This document shows positions 12,181 through 25,706 of a stretch of DNA of 64,000 nt, piece by piece (position 1 is the stretch's first letter; each line of letters starts with the position of its first letter). Under the pieces are notes generated by a model. It was not told the origin of the DNA. It made no database searches and was given only the letters and a program-made list of their open reading frames with translations. Position numbers and translations under genes: made by a program. This DNA comes from Bigelowiella natans CCMP2755. Its lineage: Eukaryota > Protista > Cercozoa. The stretch covers positions 1 through 64,000 of the forward strand of contig ADNK01002375.1 of assembly GCA_000320545.1 (NCBI GenBank). Reading direction: 5' to 3'.

Positions 12181-13616
12181 TTAGATAAGATGAACCATTC
12201 CGCTTGAAAGAATATCTGAAAAGAAAAAGGATTTTTTAATGGAGCTACTTTTTTGACATAATTTCGATCTTATTACCTTTTATATGACCATAGCTCGCTA
12301 CGACAATATCACCTTCATTTATCTCTGCATCGCCGCTATATATCAAACATGCATCCACAATTAGACACTGATGATAATGCTTGTATATTTGACCTTTCTC
12401 CCAGGTTTACAGTCCCCACATTTGCTGTTGCTTTAAAGAAGACGTACTCATCCATGTTGGGTTTTACTTCTGCGTTTATCCGTGAACAGCAAAGACATTG
12501 CATGAATACTTAAATATGGGCAAGAAATTCTGCTAAATTTCATCCTCGTTGACAATGGAAGTAGTATCGTATTACCCATGTTTTTCTCTGTCAACGAATC
12601 ATAGTTATCTGGAATATGATGTAGAAATGATTTTCCAAAGTGCCTTTCACGAAGATCCAAATATCTGAAGAGGGTCAGCGTTAAGCAATTTTTTGGTTTA
12701 TAAAAGAAATGACTCACCCAGAGGCAAAATCTATCTCTGCCTTATTAAGAAGATTCTCCACATCATCACTCGAGAGGATGTCAATATCAAATTTTTGAAT
12801 CTGATTGCGTAAAAAAAATTATTTTCGTCAGTTCCATTCTGTTCAGGCGCAAGGTGTTTATCGGCTCATGACTGTATACCTTTCGCAAGCGTATGCGCAG
12901 ATAATCCTTTCGCATATAGTTGACACGATCGTATTCCATCTGTGTTGAGAGTAATATATTTTAGATTGATTTGAAGGACTGAATCCGCGCCAGATTTGTA
13001 CCTGGAGTATGCGAATTATTCCACCTGTGTGTTTTTCCTCGCTCAGTCTTTCAATATGAGCCTAGTTGAAAAGAAGTCAAATTTTTTCCTAACGTAAGTT
13101 CGCGCCTATGATAACATCATTGAGATCTTTGATTACCTTTTGCGTTTCCAATTCTTCCTCTACCCGCTTCATAACACGGGCCTCATACTTTAGAATTTCG
13201 GGAGCACCTGGGAAATGCGCTTCTATTTATTTTTCGATTTGATGGAGATAGGTAGACTAGAGAAAGATGAACAACTGAGATTTGGGTTGTTTTTGAGATG
13301 AAATACCCTTTTCGTTTAACCAGATCTTGCGAAGCTCATCCACAATGGTTTCCGATTCTTCCTCATCATCGTCTAGATAACATCACGCGTCAAAAAACCA
13401 ACAGACTCCCAAGAGAAAGTAGAGCGACATGCAAAAACACAACTAGAAATTCTTATGTATTGGATCACCACTCATGGACGACAGCAAGGCGTCGACATCG
13501 ACATCAAGCTTTTCATCGCTCTTCTCTGTCCCTCCCTTCTTTTTTTCTTGAGAAGAACTGGCTTGAAAGTCATCTATATCATCTAGATTCAGATCGAAAT
13601 CATCCCCCCCGCTCAT
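12181..13616 (-). CDS. GINS4: GINS complex subunit Sld5
   Basis: Spliced: LRKIWLNEKG|APEILKYE, MEYDRVNYMRKDYLRIRLRK|IQKF, YLDLRERHFGKSFLHHIP, KPNMDEYVFFKA, EGDIVVASYGHIK|DILSSGMVHLI*. These match Sld5 motifs. Confidence 0.9.
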
Positions 13617-14100
13617 GGTGTTGCTATGTATGGGTTAAAGAAGTGCGGGAAAAGCTGCACAGGAGGGTGGGGGAGGCCCGGATTAAGAATTTGCAGAGAG
13701 CTGTCGGGACTACCTAGCGGAAATCGGCCTACGTGTTCAGTCTGAGTCAAGGAATATTCTCTTCTTTACCGGACAATTCACCGACATCAGATTCTGCCGA
13801 CAATGCAATATACGTTCCCGCCAGATTCCAGATATATCTCGAGATATCCACCCGAGACTTCATCAAAAGCCTGTGTCGAGATTCCGCAGTTACATTTGTG
13901 ATTTTTTCATACATGCGGATTTCATCCTGCGACAATGAATAATGTGGCGTCTTTCTTCAGGACAAATCGGAGTTTAGCGAGTGTTGTTGGGGACCCTCTT
14001 GAACAATAATTTAAACGACGCACGACCTTGGGAGGCGACGTACGTCCGCCTATGTTCACTCTTAGAATATAGGATAAGGATACTCACCGCCGAGTAGGAG

Positions 14101-16371
14101 ATGGCTAACCCGAAGGACAAAATAGACATGGTGCCTTTGGAGGACAGCCGAATGCTTGTTGATGATTTTAGGATTAGGCACTCAGTTCATAACCCCGAAT
14201 TAAATAAGAAAAAGAGATTTCAATATAAAGAACATCAACATGACCCCGAAGCTTTCAACTGGGATGTAGATCATCCAACGAAGTCTCCCACGACTTCCCC
14301 AAAGAGCGGAGCTCTAAAATCCAGGAATTTACACACAACTTTTGAGCATCCCCTCTTATCAGACATTGACAAGATAATGGCAGAGATGGAGAAGAAGGGC
14401 ACCGTGAACGTAAAACCAAAAATATCAAGGAAAAAAAAGATAGAGAATGCACCTAACGCGCAAATGCGGAGCACCATAGAGAGTGTTGTAGGATCTCCTA
14501 AAAAGATGAAGAAAATACTACTGAATCTAAAAAACTCAACAAAGGAGGCCTGGGCAAAATTACAGCCTTGCAATGAAATTCCCAAAGTAAACATCGTTAA
14601 GGAGGAGTCTGCGCTACTAAAAGTGAAGGTTAAGAGTGAGAAAATGGCGCGCAAGGTAATGAACGAGAAGAGTTGGATTAGGACTGCTTTCGAGAAATTT
14701 GACAATCATAAGATCAATAGTCAACAATTTGCTCATGAGATTACATCGCGGGGTATACCGCTTACGCAAGATTTCTACGTTGCCTTAAAGGCGAAAAACG
14801 TAAAGTTCTCTCGCATGATACAAGCACTTGTGAAAGGAAGACCTCTATCTCAACGCATTTACATGCCTCAAGATTGCAAGAAGCCAGTTTCTCCCACCGC
14901 ATCGTCCTCTATAATTTCTCACAATCAAAAGTCTGATAAAGATTTGGAGGATTCACACAACATCATCTCTAATGACCCGAATTTCGTCCCATTTCAAGGA
15001 GTAAGGAGTAAAATAAAGGCAGGAGTATCTGATGCTAATGCTGATACGGCCACTGTCCCGAGCGTCGCTGCTGGGCTCTCTACGGATGAAAGGCATCCAT
15101 CCCATTCAGCACGAAGGCATTATTCCCCCGAAATTAAGCTCCCCAAGGAATCGAAGCGGATGGAAAGGAAGAAAAGGCTAGATCAAACATCTATATTGAC
15201 CAGCGACACCACGGAAAAAGCTCCACAGAATTCTTTGACCAACAAGAAACCAATCCTACAAATTCGTAAGAAAGTCGAAAATATGATTCGAGGCTTCATT
15301 CAGTGGAAACTATCTCCTGAGGAGTTTTCTCATCAGATTGAAGAGGTCGTTTTTTTTTTACTTGCGCAACATTTTCCTTCGCGAAAGTTGTTTGATACTG
15401 TTCATTATTACGGCCATTTAAACCAATCAATCTCTAAATTATAGTTATTTTTTAATCAGACTGGTCTAGATCTGTCGGATAAGCAGCGGGCGTACATCAA
15501 GAATTCCGCGCTGAATCCTGAGCGGAAATACCGAGAGGCAAGGATGGTCTTTGGTACGACGCTATCACCGAGGACGACTATGCCGAAATCTTCAGCCCCG
15601 CCACCTGTACGAGCTGGTTTAGCATCGAAGATCGGCGATTTCAACCATTTTAATATCACCACGGGCAAGGGCAGCACAAATGTCTCAAACGATTCACCTC
15701 TCTCTAAAACCATATCGCGTAAGAAGAAAAAGGCGATGCCGCTTGGGCCTGCAAGCCCTGGAGCACAAGGTCGCAGGAGATTCTCGTTCAATGCAGAGCT
15801 AAAGAGCAACTTTAAGATCGCAGAGTCGAAGCAGAAGCCTGAACCGACTGTCTCAGAGATGAGAAGTGGCAAGCGCAAATACTCCCGGTCTACCGAATAT
15901 CACCGTAGCAATTTATCGTCGAGTCTTGAACTTAAAAACTCAAGCACTGAGAACGATAAACATACTGTTTCTAGACCTGAAACTTCCAGAGCAATTTCTC
16001 AATGCACCTCTGCTCAAATGTCATCTCCAAAGCAAGAGAAAACCAAAATATCATTTTCTTCCAAACCGAAAGGTGTAGAATCATCTGAAATTTCTGCACC
16101 ATCCTCCCTCTCTAAAAGGAAAAGCACTACAAAGTTGGGAAAATTAGATACTCGGCTCCGCATAGACAAACCTGACGTACTGTCTCCCATGTCTGTCAGT
16201 AATAAGCCAAAGCTGAAGTCACCTTTCGGGATTAGTTCGGATGTCATTTCTCCTCGGAATGTCATCAAAGATAGCAGGCTTAGCCGCTATGAGAAACTGA
16301 AACAAGGGGGGACGCTAGGGAGATATTCAAAGGACAAGGCAGCGACCATCGTGGACAGAAAATCGCTGTGA
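14101..16371 (+). CDS. Basic K/S/P-rich hypothetical protein with two degenerate EF-hand-like helical repeats
   Basis: ORFs 14101-15345 and 15460-16371 join in frame across a GT-AG intron (15346-15459). Repeats IRTAFEKFDNHKINSQQFAHEITSRGIPLT and IRGFIQWKLSPEEFSHQIEETGLDLS. Confidence 0.75.
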
Positions 16372-16509
16372 GAGAATAGCGTTGAAAATATTACTTGTAA
16401 TAACTTTTATTCGTCGGTAATTAGCAAATATGCAAAACGAAATATTAAAGTTCATTTAGCAATTATACTGATTTAATTTCTTTCTGAATTTCGGCTACAA
16501 TATCCCTAA

Positions 16510-17040
16510 TATATGCTAGATATGTGGTTCTTGCTAGCTCGCTGTGAGAGCTATTTATCTAGCTATTGGTATCAAATTTAGCTAGCTAGGCATATTGTCT
16601 GGATGTCTTCAGATCTAGCTAGCTAGGTCTAGAGGTATGTTTATGTGAGATGAGAGCTAGAGGCCGATGGTAATCCCCGCTACTGCATAGTGCTTGCATG
16701 TTACAAATCTAGCTAGCTAGATTTGTAAGAATAATTTAGGGCGGCCAAACGTGTCTGCCATTAGTCCATATCTAGCTAGCTAGCTAGCTAGCTACATGCT
16801 AGCGTGAGCAAATCATCAAGTGGTGCGCGCATACGAAGCATGCTTTAGACATCGCGAGGGAGTGAGAGCATTCGACACATACAGCTCTAGAGCTAAGCGA
16901 TGAGCATCATCGTCCGTGTCTAAGCTTACAATGTCTATAGTGCTTTGCTAGCGTGATACCATAATCATACGACATGTGCTAGTGCCGTTCAGTAGCCATG
17001 TAGAGCTCTCAATGTGTAGCTATGTCAAGTCAATCCATGG
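16510..17040. repeat. CTAG/GCAT-rich intergenic island including a (CTAG)n array
   Basis: (CTAG)5 at ~16772-16793 and many further CTAG sites downstream of the 16371 stop. Confidence 0.75.
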
Positions 17041-17149
17041 ATGTCGATCATGATATTACAGTTCCATCAATGTTAAAGCTTCGAAAAAGTCTTTTGCCAA
17101 AAGGAAATCCACCTAAAGGCAAGTGATATATATCTGAAAATGTCGAGCG

Positions 17150-17183
<34 letters not shown>

Positions 17184-17228
17184 TTGAACATTTCATTACA
17201 TCCGTCTCATAAATATATATACATATAC

Positions 17229-17264
<36 letters not shown>

Positions 17265-17299
17265 TATATCTGAAACTGTCAATACAAATGGGGGCGACG

Positions 17300-19340
17300 C
17301 TCTCCTGGAGGCTTTTGTCACGATTCATTTCTTTTGAGAAGCTTTTTCTTAATGGATTGCAAGAGACAACTACATTTATTCATAAACCTTTCAGCCTAAA
17401 CCTACTTTTGTAATTCTCTCAAAGAGTTTCTTACCCCAGAGTTTTTAGCTGTTCTGACATCGTCTCCTCTGCATCAGGTTGTAACGAAATTTGTTATGCG
17501 ATCAAGCACAAGATCAGAGAAGTCCAACCCCATATTAACATAAAGTTTGCTTACATCCGCAACTTCGATCTCGTGTGGCGGTCGGCAGAAACAAAAAGAA
17601 CCTGACAAAAACAGGCTACATCGTAAACGGCAGATTATATGAAAAACCATGCCGAGTCATCCCATATGTATGAGGTTTATTTATGCCATTTCGACAAGGC
17701 AGCCCTTTACTACCTCGGACTTTTCCTTTATCTGCATTAAAGAAAATAAAACCAACAGATATCAGAGCTCGTCACATGCTGCCATAGCCAAATGAGTCTT
17801 GCCTGGCTATCTCGCATAGCCGCTAATATCATACCGCTAGCAGGTTTCACCTAATACCAAAGGAAAAACGAAAGAAACTCAACGAATGCTGAGTCTTGAT
17901 GTTGACGAAAAAAGTGCTTGCAAGTCAAGACGTAAGACACCGAGGCCTTCTCATGTGGCTGTCTTTGCGACGAATGGTATTGGTGTTTAAGTGACACTAA
18001 AGAATCATTGGAGTGAATCTCGAAACAACAGAAATGTTAGCTCTTGAGGAAAATGGTTGATATCATACGAACGAGACATCAGAGAGAGCCGAAAAATCAA
18101 CGTTGCATACCCAGGTTTTGCACCATCCCCGTGCTTTGGGAAGCGACCTTGGAAACAACAAAAATACTCGAAGTATAAATATACATTTTTATATTTTTAT
18201 ATTGCACATAATACATGTCCATGTACACTGATATATGTACGGAAAATGGAATACTTCCTTCCATCTGCTATTAAGGTAATTCGTTGATGTAATATATGTT
18301 AATTGATATCATCCTTGGACTATCGACTATGCATGCGAGTGCAGAATTCTACGTTCGTGAACGTCTACTTTGGGAGGAAATCGCCGTTTTTTTTCTTAAA
18401 CGGAAACGCCAAATAGGAACGCCATGTAAAATTTTCGTCCATAAATTTCTCGATTTCTTTGTGGCTTCGGACTAAGCACATAGTTGAGCGCATATTCAGC
18501 TTGTTACAGAAATTGGAGATAAATAAAGTGACCTATGTTCCCCGCGCTGTTGCTATGATCCATACTTTTACGTTCACCCGAAGCTGCTACATCCAACTCT
18601 ATCATTCTCTCGAGCACCAGCTTCCTGAGATCTTCGATGAGCTGCTGAATTCGTGACGATGCTTGCGTTTCGGTCAGCATTGATCGAGCCTGGTAATCAT
18701 CATTGATGAGACGATAGAACTCTATACGTGTGCACCTAAAGGTCTTTGCTCTCCTTCCCTCCCTCCCTATCCCTAGCCCACTTTTTCCTATACGTGTAGT
18801 GTGACTTTGTTCAGCATTTCCGTTGTCAATCCGTTCCATGACATCATTTCCTTCCGCAAACCAACCTAAAGAACGAGAGAATGAATGATGCCTCAAGCAG
18901 CTATAGAGTTTGCTTTAACTGTTGTCAATCGTAATACGAGTCAAAATGTTATACTGTAATGTGTACATTAGGCTCATCCGAGACGACGACGAAACGAAAC
19001 CTAGCAGTTTTAGAATATTTATTGTTTAGTACAACAGGCCGAGCACTGTGGACATAAAGTACAATTTTTAATTAATTATGCCTTGGTGGCTTCGATCCCA
19101 TGGGAAAGAAGGCCGATAACTTTCCTAACAAGAAATTCAAGCAAATGTAGGAGTTCATCAAGGCGATACTGCGGAAGTGGGCCCACACTCTGGACTACCG
19201 TTAAATAAATTCCAAAACAGCTGCCCGAAAGCTTCAATGGCCTTTCTAGAAACCTCTATCCTGTGAGGTGGATGCACGACATTTGCTCGATTTGTTCGTT
19301 TACGTTGAATCATGGTGTGCGGATGTCCCATCGTCATCGT

Positions 19341-19374
<34 letters not shown>

Positions 19375-19922
19375 TATTTTCTTTACATCTCTATGTGATA
19401 CCAAGAAGAACATGCCCATCGAACAACTCACAATGAAGGAATGTACAATAATTAACCGTTTGGGGTCCTTGAAGGCCTTCATGAGGGTGGTATCGGCGCT
19501 AAATAAGAACAACCTCTTCGCCACTATTATGTGCAATAGCTATAGAGGAAAGAAGCAAAAAGGCGGACGTTACAAAACGATTAGATCCCGCAACCCGCCA
19601 AACAGACAAAGGCATAGAGCGACCTTAGAATGGCGATCGAAACTGTTTTGCGTAGCAGTTGGAGGCCGCATAGATGCCTAAGTTCATAAGTGAAAATTTA
19701 GGATGATGTTCCACAGAACACCCAAAAGCGCTACGCAAGGATACGTCTGTGTCGTCTGGCATTTTTCAGAACGAAAGTTGTGTTTTAATTTCAAATGTAA
19801 CATCAGTTTCTTAGTGACCATCGCTGCAGCATTACGGAGATAGCACTTCTGGAGAGTATCTAACAGAAGCTCTTTTCCTCCTAAAATATATATCAGCATA
19901 GATTGGTATTGTTCTCTCTGTC

Positions 19923-19965
<43 letters not shown>

Positions 19966-22900
19966 CCCATACACATCCTTTGAATAATATTGATTATTCT
20001 ACATCTATAGCAACCCTGTGCAGTGAGTTTCGCGCCAGGCAAACAGTTTAAACACTGCAACTTAGCATTCTGTCTCGCATTGTCCCAATCGGGCACCATT
20101 CCCAGGATCATAAGTGAAGAGGAAGATGCAGTGGTATTCCCAGGACCGCCCATCATATTTGATAAAGTATTGGATGTAATCGACGGTGAGCGAACATTCA
20201 TGGCCTCCTCCTCCTCCTCCTCCTGCTGCTGCTGCTCATGATGTCTCGACATAACTAAATTGAATGGATATAAATAAATATGCGAGAATGATATGAGGTG
20301 GGCGTGAAGAGGCTAATGCGTTACAACGCAAGCGGTTCTTATTTTTGTCTCATTTCCACAGATTCTGTTATTACCTTTAGAGCAGAGGTAGAAGAACTCT
20401 TTGGCGTGTTGCGATGCTGACACGTTCACGACGAGAATTCCACCAAAGTCTCTGTTCACAACTTCGTGTGCACCCGCGATTACAGCAAAGACATGGTGCC
20501 ACGACCCCCCCTTTCCATCTTCACCGAGATCAAACTTGCTCTCCTCTCCGCTACCACGACTGTGTCGTCGAGACCGTCGTCGCTTACGTCCTATCCCCTT
20601 TCCTCCTCCTCCTCCTCCTCCTCCCCCTCCCCCTCCCCCTCCCAGAGACGAGAGGAACAGAACGAGCACGGGCTTGTAAGGGCTAGCTTTGATATTTAGC
20701 AGGAGATCCCCAAACACATCCTCGCACCGTAAATGGACAGACCGCCAGTTTCTCGAAGGTGCCTCATCTTCTTCCTGCAAGAGACACATCCTTGATTTCA
20801 GCCTGTTGCTCGTCTCTTTAGTTCGGAGGGATGGTGGAGGGAAGATGATGCTCGGTGCCTTCCTGTATTTCATATTCGGCTCATGGTTACTGCGACCCCC
20901 TTTTACGTTCCTGTGGTCTATCAGCCTTTCCCCATCTTCTGTCGTGGAGAGGTTTGGAGTTGTATAACGCATTCGGCCAGAGAACACAGACGAAATCCAC
21001 GGGACATCCTGCCTCTCGTATGGGAATGATCTTAATGGAACTTGACAAGGTGTCGCTACCTCACTTGCAGCATTGCTATTACCTCCATGAGAAATGGGGA
21101 GAAATACCTAATTATTATTGACGAAATGCGATAGGTTCGTTGGGGTGCCGAGGCGATAAGAAATAGGATAACGTGTGTAGTAACAACCCCGATCTCGTAG
21201 CTGTTGCAAAAGACAACGGGTTCATGACCGGTTCCATCAGTTTTTAAGGTGCCCCAAGCATTCGGGGATAAATTGTGACTTCCTGCATATACGAACAGCA
21301 GACTCCGCGTGTTTTTGCGCCTGAAAATATCACGAACATTAGAAACATGAAACAACATCTCAAAGTCAAACTATTCTGAGAATACACTCCCTCATCTTCG
21401 GTAAATGAGTGATGATGCATCTCGCATCCTACCATCCAAGATAGAGCTTTGCATGTGAGAACTTGCAGCTGGTTTGACCCTCCTTTGGCATGAAACGACA
21501 GAAAAACCCTTCTCTGGGAAACGATTTTTTTTTATACGTTTTTTCACTTAGTGTGGAGACGGAATAGCCCTTGTACCTGTAGAATTCGGGAAATGTAGCG
21601 AACATGACTCGTACAAAGAAAAATGATACTTCATCATCATCGCCATCATCAGTGAGACAGGCATCGTTCTAATCTTCTCACATTCCATTGAGGACGTCTC
21701 GATAGGATGGCCAAGCAATACTCAGCTGACACATCGCCGCTTTGTCGCACCAGCTCTTTGTGGCATGTGCGAAGCTCTTGAGAAAGGCCTTGCTTAGCAT
21801 GCCTAACGAACTTACCACCACATCCATCTCCACCTCACCATCCCTCAATTTTTGTCTTTGAACCAGACTGCACAAGCGCAAGAGGCCATATTCACAAACC
21901 GAGGATTGGTCTTTGCCTTGTTGCATTTCCTCAATTTCTTTTTTTGAAGTGCGCTCCGTTTGCTGGCTGCGGCGGTGGTTCTGATACTTCTCGTTGCGCT
22001 TTTTGTTGATATGCTGCTGTGTGAGGCGGCTATGGCGTCCTGGCACACTGCAAACAAGGAAGGCTCGAGTGTTGAAGTCATACCTTTTAAAGGTATCCTA
22101 TGCAGTGATAGTAAAGTTTAAAGAAGGTATAGTAAGTTTCTTGAACCATTGCAAACAAGAAGTTTCGAAATTCAAAATCTCAGATCAAAATCCCCCCCCC
22201 CCCTCATCGCATTGTTTTTTTTAACAATCAAATCGAAGAAAAAGGAGGACACGTGTCAAGCTATATGCAAGGGTGTTTTTCCAATAACCTTCCATCTCGC
22301 ACAAACCGCTTTGGCGCTGCGTTTTCGAGGGAGGTTGTTCTTCATACGGTTTTTCGCACGCTCAAAGTCTCCATTTTCCTCCAGGAGAGCGATGAAAGCC
22401 TTATTTCTCTCGCTGCTGGTGGTGGTGCCAGCTAGCAAAGCAATCTTTCTTTCCCAATCTTGGGGAATCATAGAGTCCGGTGCAAGTTTTGGGCCTTATT
22501 TTGCGCGAGAATATTAATGTTTGTATCGTGCGTATCAAATTGTCTACCTCCAGTTAGATCCGGAGCCTGATCATCGACATCCGAGAGCATCGCGCCAATG
22601 AAAGCCTCCAAGTGGGCTTGGAATTCAGCTGCAGCTGTTGGTGTTTCGGTTGGGCGGTCTTTGATGCCTCTTTTAGCATCTAATTCGTGCCGATAATCAG
22701 TTCTTAAAACAAATGTTCTCAGTATCTTGCCATCACGCCAAACACATGCCAACATGCCCACCTTGTCCCATGCGGCTGTTGGGATCCTTCCCTTTTATCG
22801 GAAAGTCTTGAACCCATACTTGCTAGAAATTGTAACAAGCTATGAGGTCCGGAGTGTCATACCCGCAAAGATAAGAAAATATATTCTATTGCCAAAGAAC

Positions 22901-23800
22901 CAATGGAAAAAACTATACCTGGGCACAGCTGTGCTGAACCAAATTTGCTGAGCTGATAACAACGCGGAGCCTGTCTGGCATCTCTAAGAGCATGAGTTTC
23001 GGATGAAAGCATGCCGTCATCGGTATATATGCAGGAAAGACTGGCCGTACAACCATTAAATCGGGCCACATCTAAGGATCAAAACCAAAGCAGCAGAACA
23101 ACTGTGAATTCTTCTGTGCCAATGCATGCTTGATCAATTTACACTTGAGAATAAATCACCGTCGGCCATGGCCGCCATACGCCTGGAATTTGCATCCCTC
23201 TTCCCTGGCGTGGATAGTCGGACACAATGGTGAGTGGAAATCCTTGGCGACCTGCGGCAGCAAAGGGCCCAATTGTAGCCTCCCCTCGCCATCCGAACGA
23301 AGTCAACAGGGCGTTTCTTATGTTGGAACACGCCATTAACTCTTTGAGCTGGACGCCCTCCTAATAGACGATAAGTTTCAAGCAGTAGATATTAGGATAA
23401 ACATAAGGATAGTACGGGTGTGTAGCTTGAATATGGGACCTCGTTCATGTGGATTCGATCTCCCCTGTACCAGACATCGTTAGAGCTTGATGAGAGAGAC
23501 GATGTGATGAAACAGTCGTGGCTCGGACGTTGCCTTTTCTTGCTGACACCCCAAGAAATTTCTAGCCATTCAACCGGAATAAACTCCTGCGTCAACAGGT
23601 CCTTGTGGCCTGGAGTGGCGAAAGCAGTTTGCGAATTGTTGCTAATTGATATTGCAAGGGTAGTACTTACATTCAATTGCAATCTTGTCGCCGTTATGTA
23701 AAATATAGGATTGTCCTTTCTCAAGAAACACAATCCTGCAGTTGCTCCGCGCCAGTATCGCTGTTGGGTTTGTACCTCTGCGAACGACACAATTCAAGTC
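17300..23800 (-). CDS. One or more large multi-exon hypothetical genes
   Basis: Spliceable minus-strand exons: ASMGSRLSDKREG..HGT|RTDYRHELDAKRG..DLTG|GPKLAPDSMIPQDWERK; ORFs 21678-22046, 20313-20987, 19893-20252 and 18504-18896; micro-exons with gtaag/gtat donors at 17430-18150. Boundaries and gene number unresolved. Confidence 0.4.
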
Positions 23801-25560
23801 ATGTTTATGACAAACTCAGTGATGCACAGGACAAAGATTGCATTTTCAATGTCCCACTTCGAATGTATGTACACAGCCTTTTGGTCTTGGTCACGGCTTG
23901 ATGCCCATTGGAGTGTGCACTGCCGCCGAGACACGGTGCGATTCTTTGTCCTTTCGGGGGGGAGGGGAAAGGATACCATGAGGAAGACTTCATTTTTTCT
24001 TGCACAACACTAACCAAGTGTGCTCCCTGCCAAGGTGTGCTGGCAAGTTCACAAAGTTGGAACCAACCCTCACATCTGCATCCTGCATCATGGAATGAAT
24101 GACGAAGTCGTGCGAACCCCTTCCCTCCTTTCTTCGGAAGGTCTTCCTTGTTGGGCCGAATTTCGAATTTCCGCCATGCAAGCAAAAAACGCCATGGAAC
24201 ATGGACAGCGACAAAGGAATTCTTCTTTTTTTGCTAATTTGGGAATCAGCACATCGCGTCGTCGTCATTCAGCTGTGTTGTGATGCATTCAATGTTCAGT
24301 TCAGTTCGTGCCAATTTGCACGAACTCCGCTAGCTTGCTAGTCAGTCCTCACTGAAGCCAGTTCGAGGCACTGCATTTCGCACATTGCAAGTGTATGTCA
24401 CACTTTGGAGATGTAGTTTTTCATCATTGTTCATTGTTCATTGTTCAGCACATCGTTTTTGCATTGTTCCATGTGCACATCCACATCAACACCTGTGATT
24501 CCTTCTGGTTTCACTGGTCCAGTGGTTGGACCTCACTGAAGTCAGTTCGAGGCACTGCGTTTCGCACACTGCAAGTGTCTTGCAACGTTTTGGAAATGCA
24601 GTTTGTCGTCATTGTTCGCTTGTTCATTGTCAAATCGTCATTTTGTCATCACAATTGTTCGATCGCAACACATCACGCGACGTGCATCAAGTGCAACACA
24701 CTCAGATGTGATGCCACAATGAGGAAAAAGACACCGCGTGTGCATGGCGGCACACACTTTGTCTTGCAAATGCAAATCTGCCAAAACCCACATTGAGTGA
24801 AAACACATGCACGCAGGCGGCACGATGTTGTTCTGGTGGATGATGAACACAGCAATGTGCTCCAGTGCCAGTGCATTGTGCATGTTGCACGTGTGTGCAT
24901 CGTGTGCATCACATTGCATGTCCATCATGTGGTAGCTGGTCACTGCATGAGCGGACAGCACGCAAGCACACCCACACACAGCATTCTAGCATTGCTAGAT
25001 TGCGCTTGTGCACTGCGCTGGTGCAGTCATTCTAAAGCAAATTATTTTTGTTCGTGTGCACGCTTGATCGATCGATCAACGAGTCAACGTGCACAGCACA
25101 CCTCCAGACCTGATGATTCACACATGCCATGTAGCGCATGCTGGCATGCTAGCATGGCATCACCGCTCTAGCGCTGCGAAAGATCGAATTGTTGATGCGT
25201 GAAAACATGCATCATTGCGTTGTCACGCTACGTGATCTGTGCTAGTGATGACAGCAATTTCGTGTTTTGAGTGCGCAATCAATCACTAGATCGAATGCTA
25301 GCGCATGCTGTCTAGCTTTGTCAAGTGCATGTCGTCACTTGCGCACTGCTTAGACTAGCCATCTGCTATCTGTGTCGCAACTGTCGCAACACGGCATTTT
25401 TGTCTAACCTAGTAACGACGAATAGTTCATGCATGCTTGCATCGCATGGCGGTTGCATCTCATCCACCGCATGCATGCATGTCGTCGCGATCGATCGTTG
25501 TCATGTAAATGATTGCAAATCGAAGCTCACAATGACAGAGCATTTAACCTTAAAATTTGA
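23800..25560. other. TpA-depleted hypermutated island B
   Basis: No TA found in 24421-24930. Nearby survivors are mostly CTA/TAG. Strong TGCA/CATG/CACA enrichment. Confidence 0.9.
24347..24630. repeat. Diverged direct repeat, ~100 bp, 2 copies
   Basis: cctcactgaag[c/t]cagttcgaggcactgc[a/g]tttcgcaca[t/c]tgcaagtgt starts at 24347 and 24531; similarity continues to tgttcattgt. Confidence 0.85.
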
Positions 25561-25706
25561 ATTCAGAAATTTCGCATCGCTAAACTAAAGGATGGAGAAT
25601 GCACGAGAGAGATCGTGAACATTTCTGTTTTGGGTGAGGCAATTAGTACGACTTAGGCTACCAATGCCATGATTTTGATTAATTGTTTTACTCAGGAAAA
25701 GTTTTC

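Noticed and set aside
16771-16793. (CTAG)n as a telomere-like repeat
   Set aside because: Short, palindromic and internal; better explained as the mutation-resistant motif plus slippage.
24347-24630. Direct repeats as a CRISPR array or LTR pair
   Set aside because: Only two diverged copies 184 bp apart; no cas genes, retroelement ORFs or target-site duplication seen.
23990-25588. Many overlapping Cys/His-rich ORFs resembling zinc-binding proteins
   Set aside because: Compositional artefact of TA to TG/CA change; no domain pattern.
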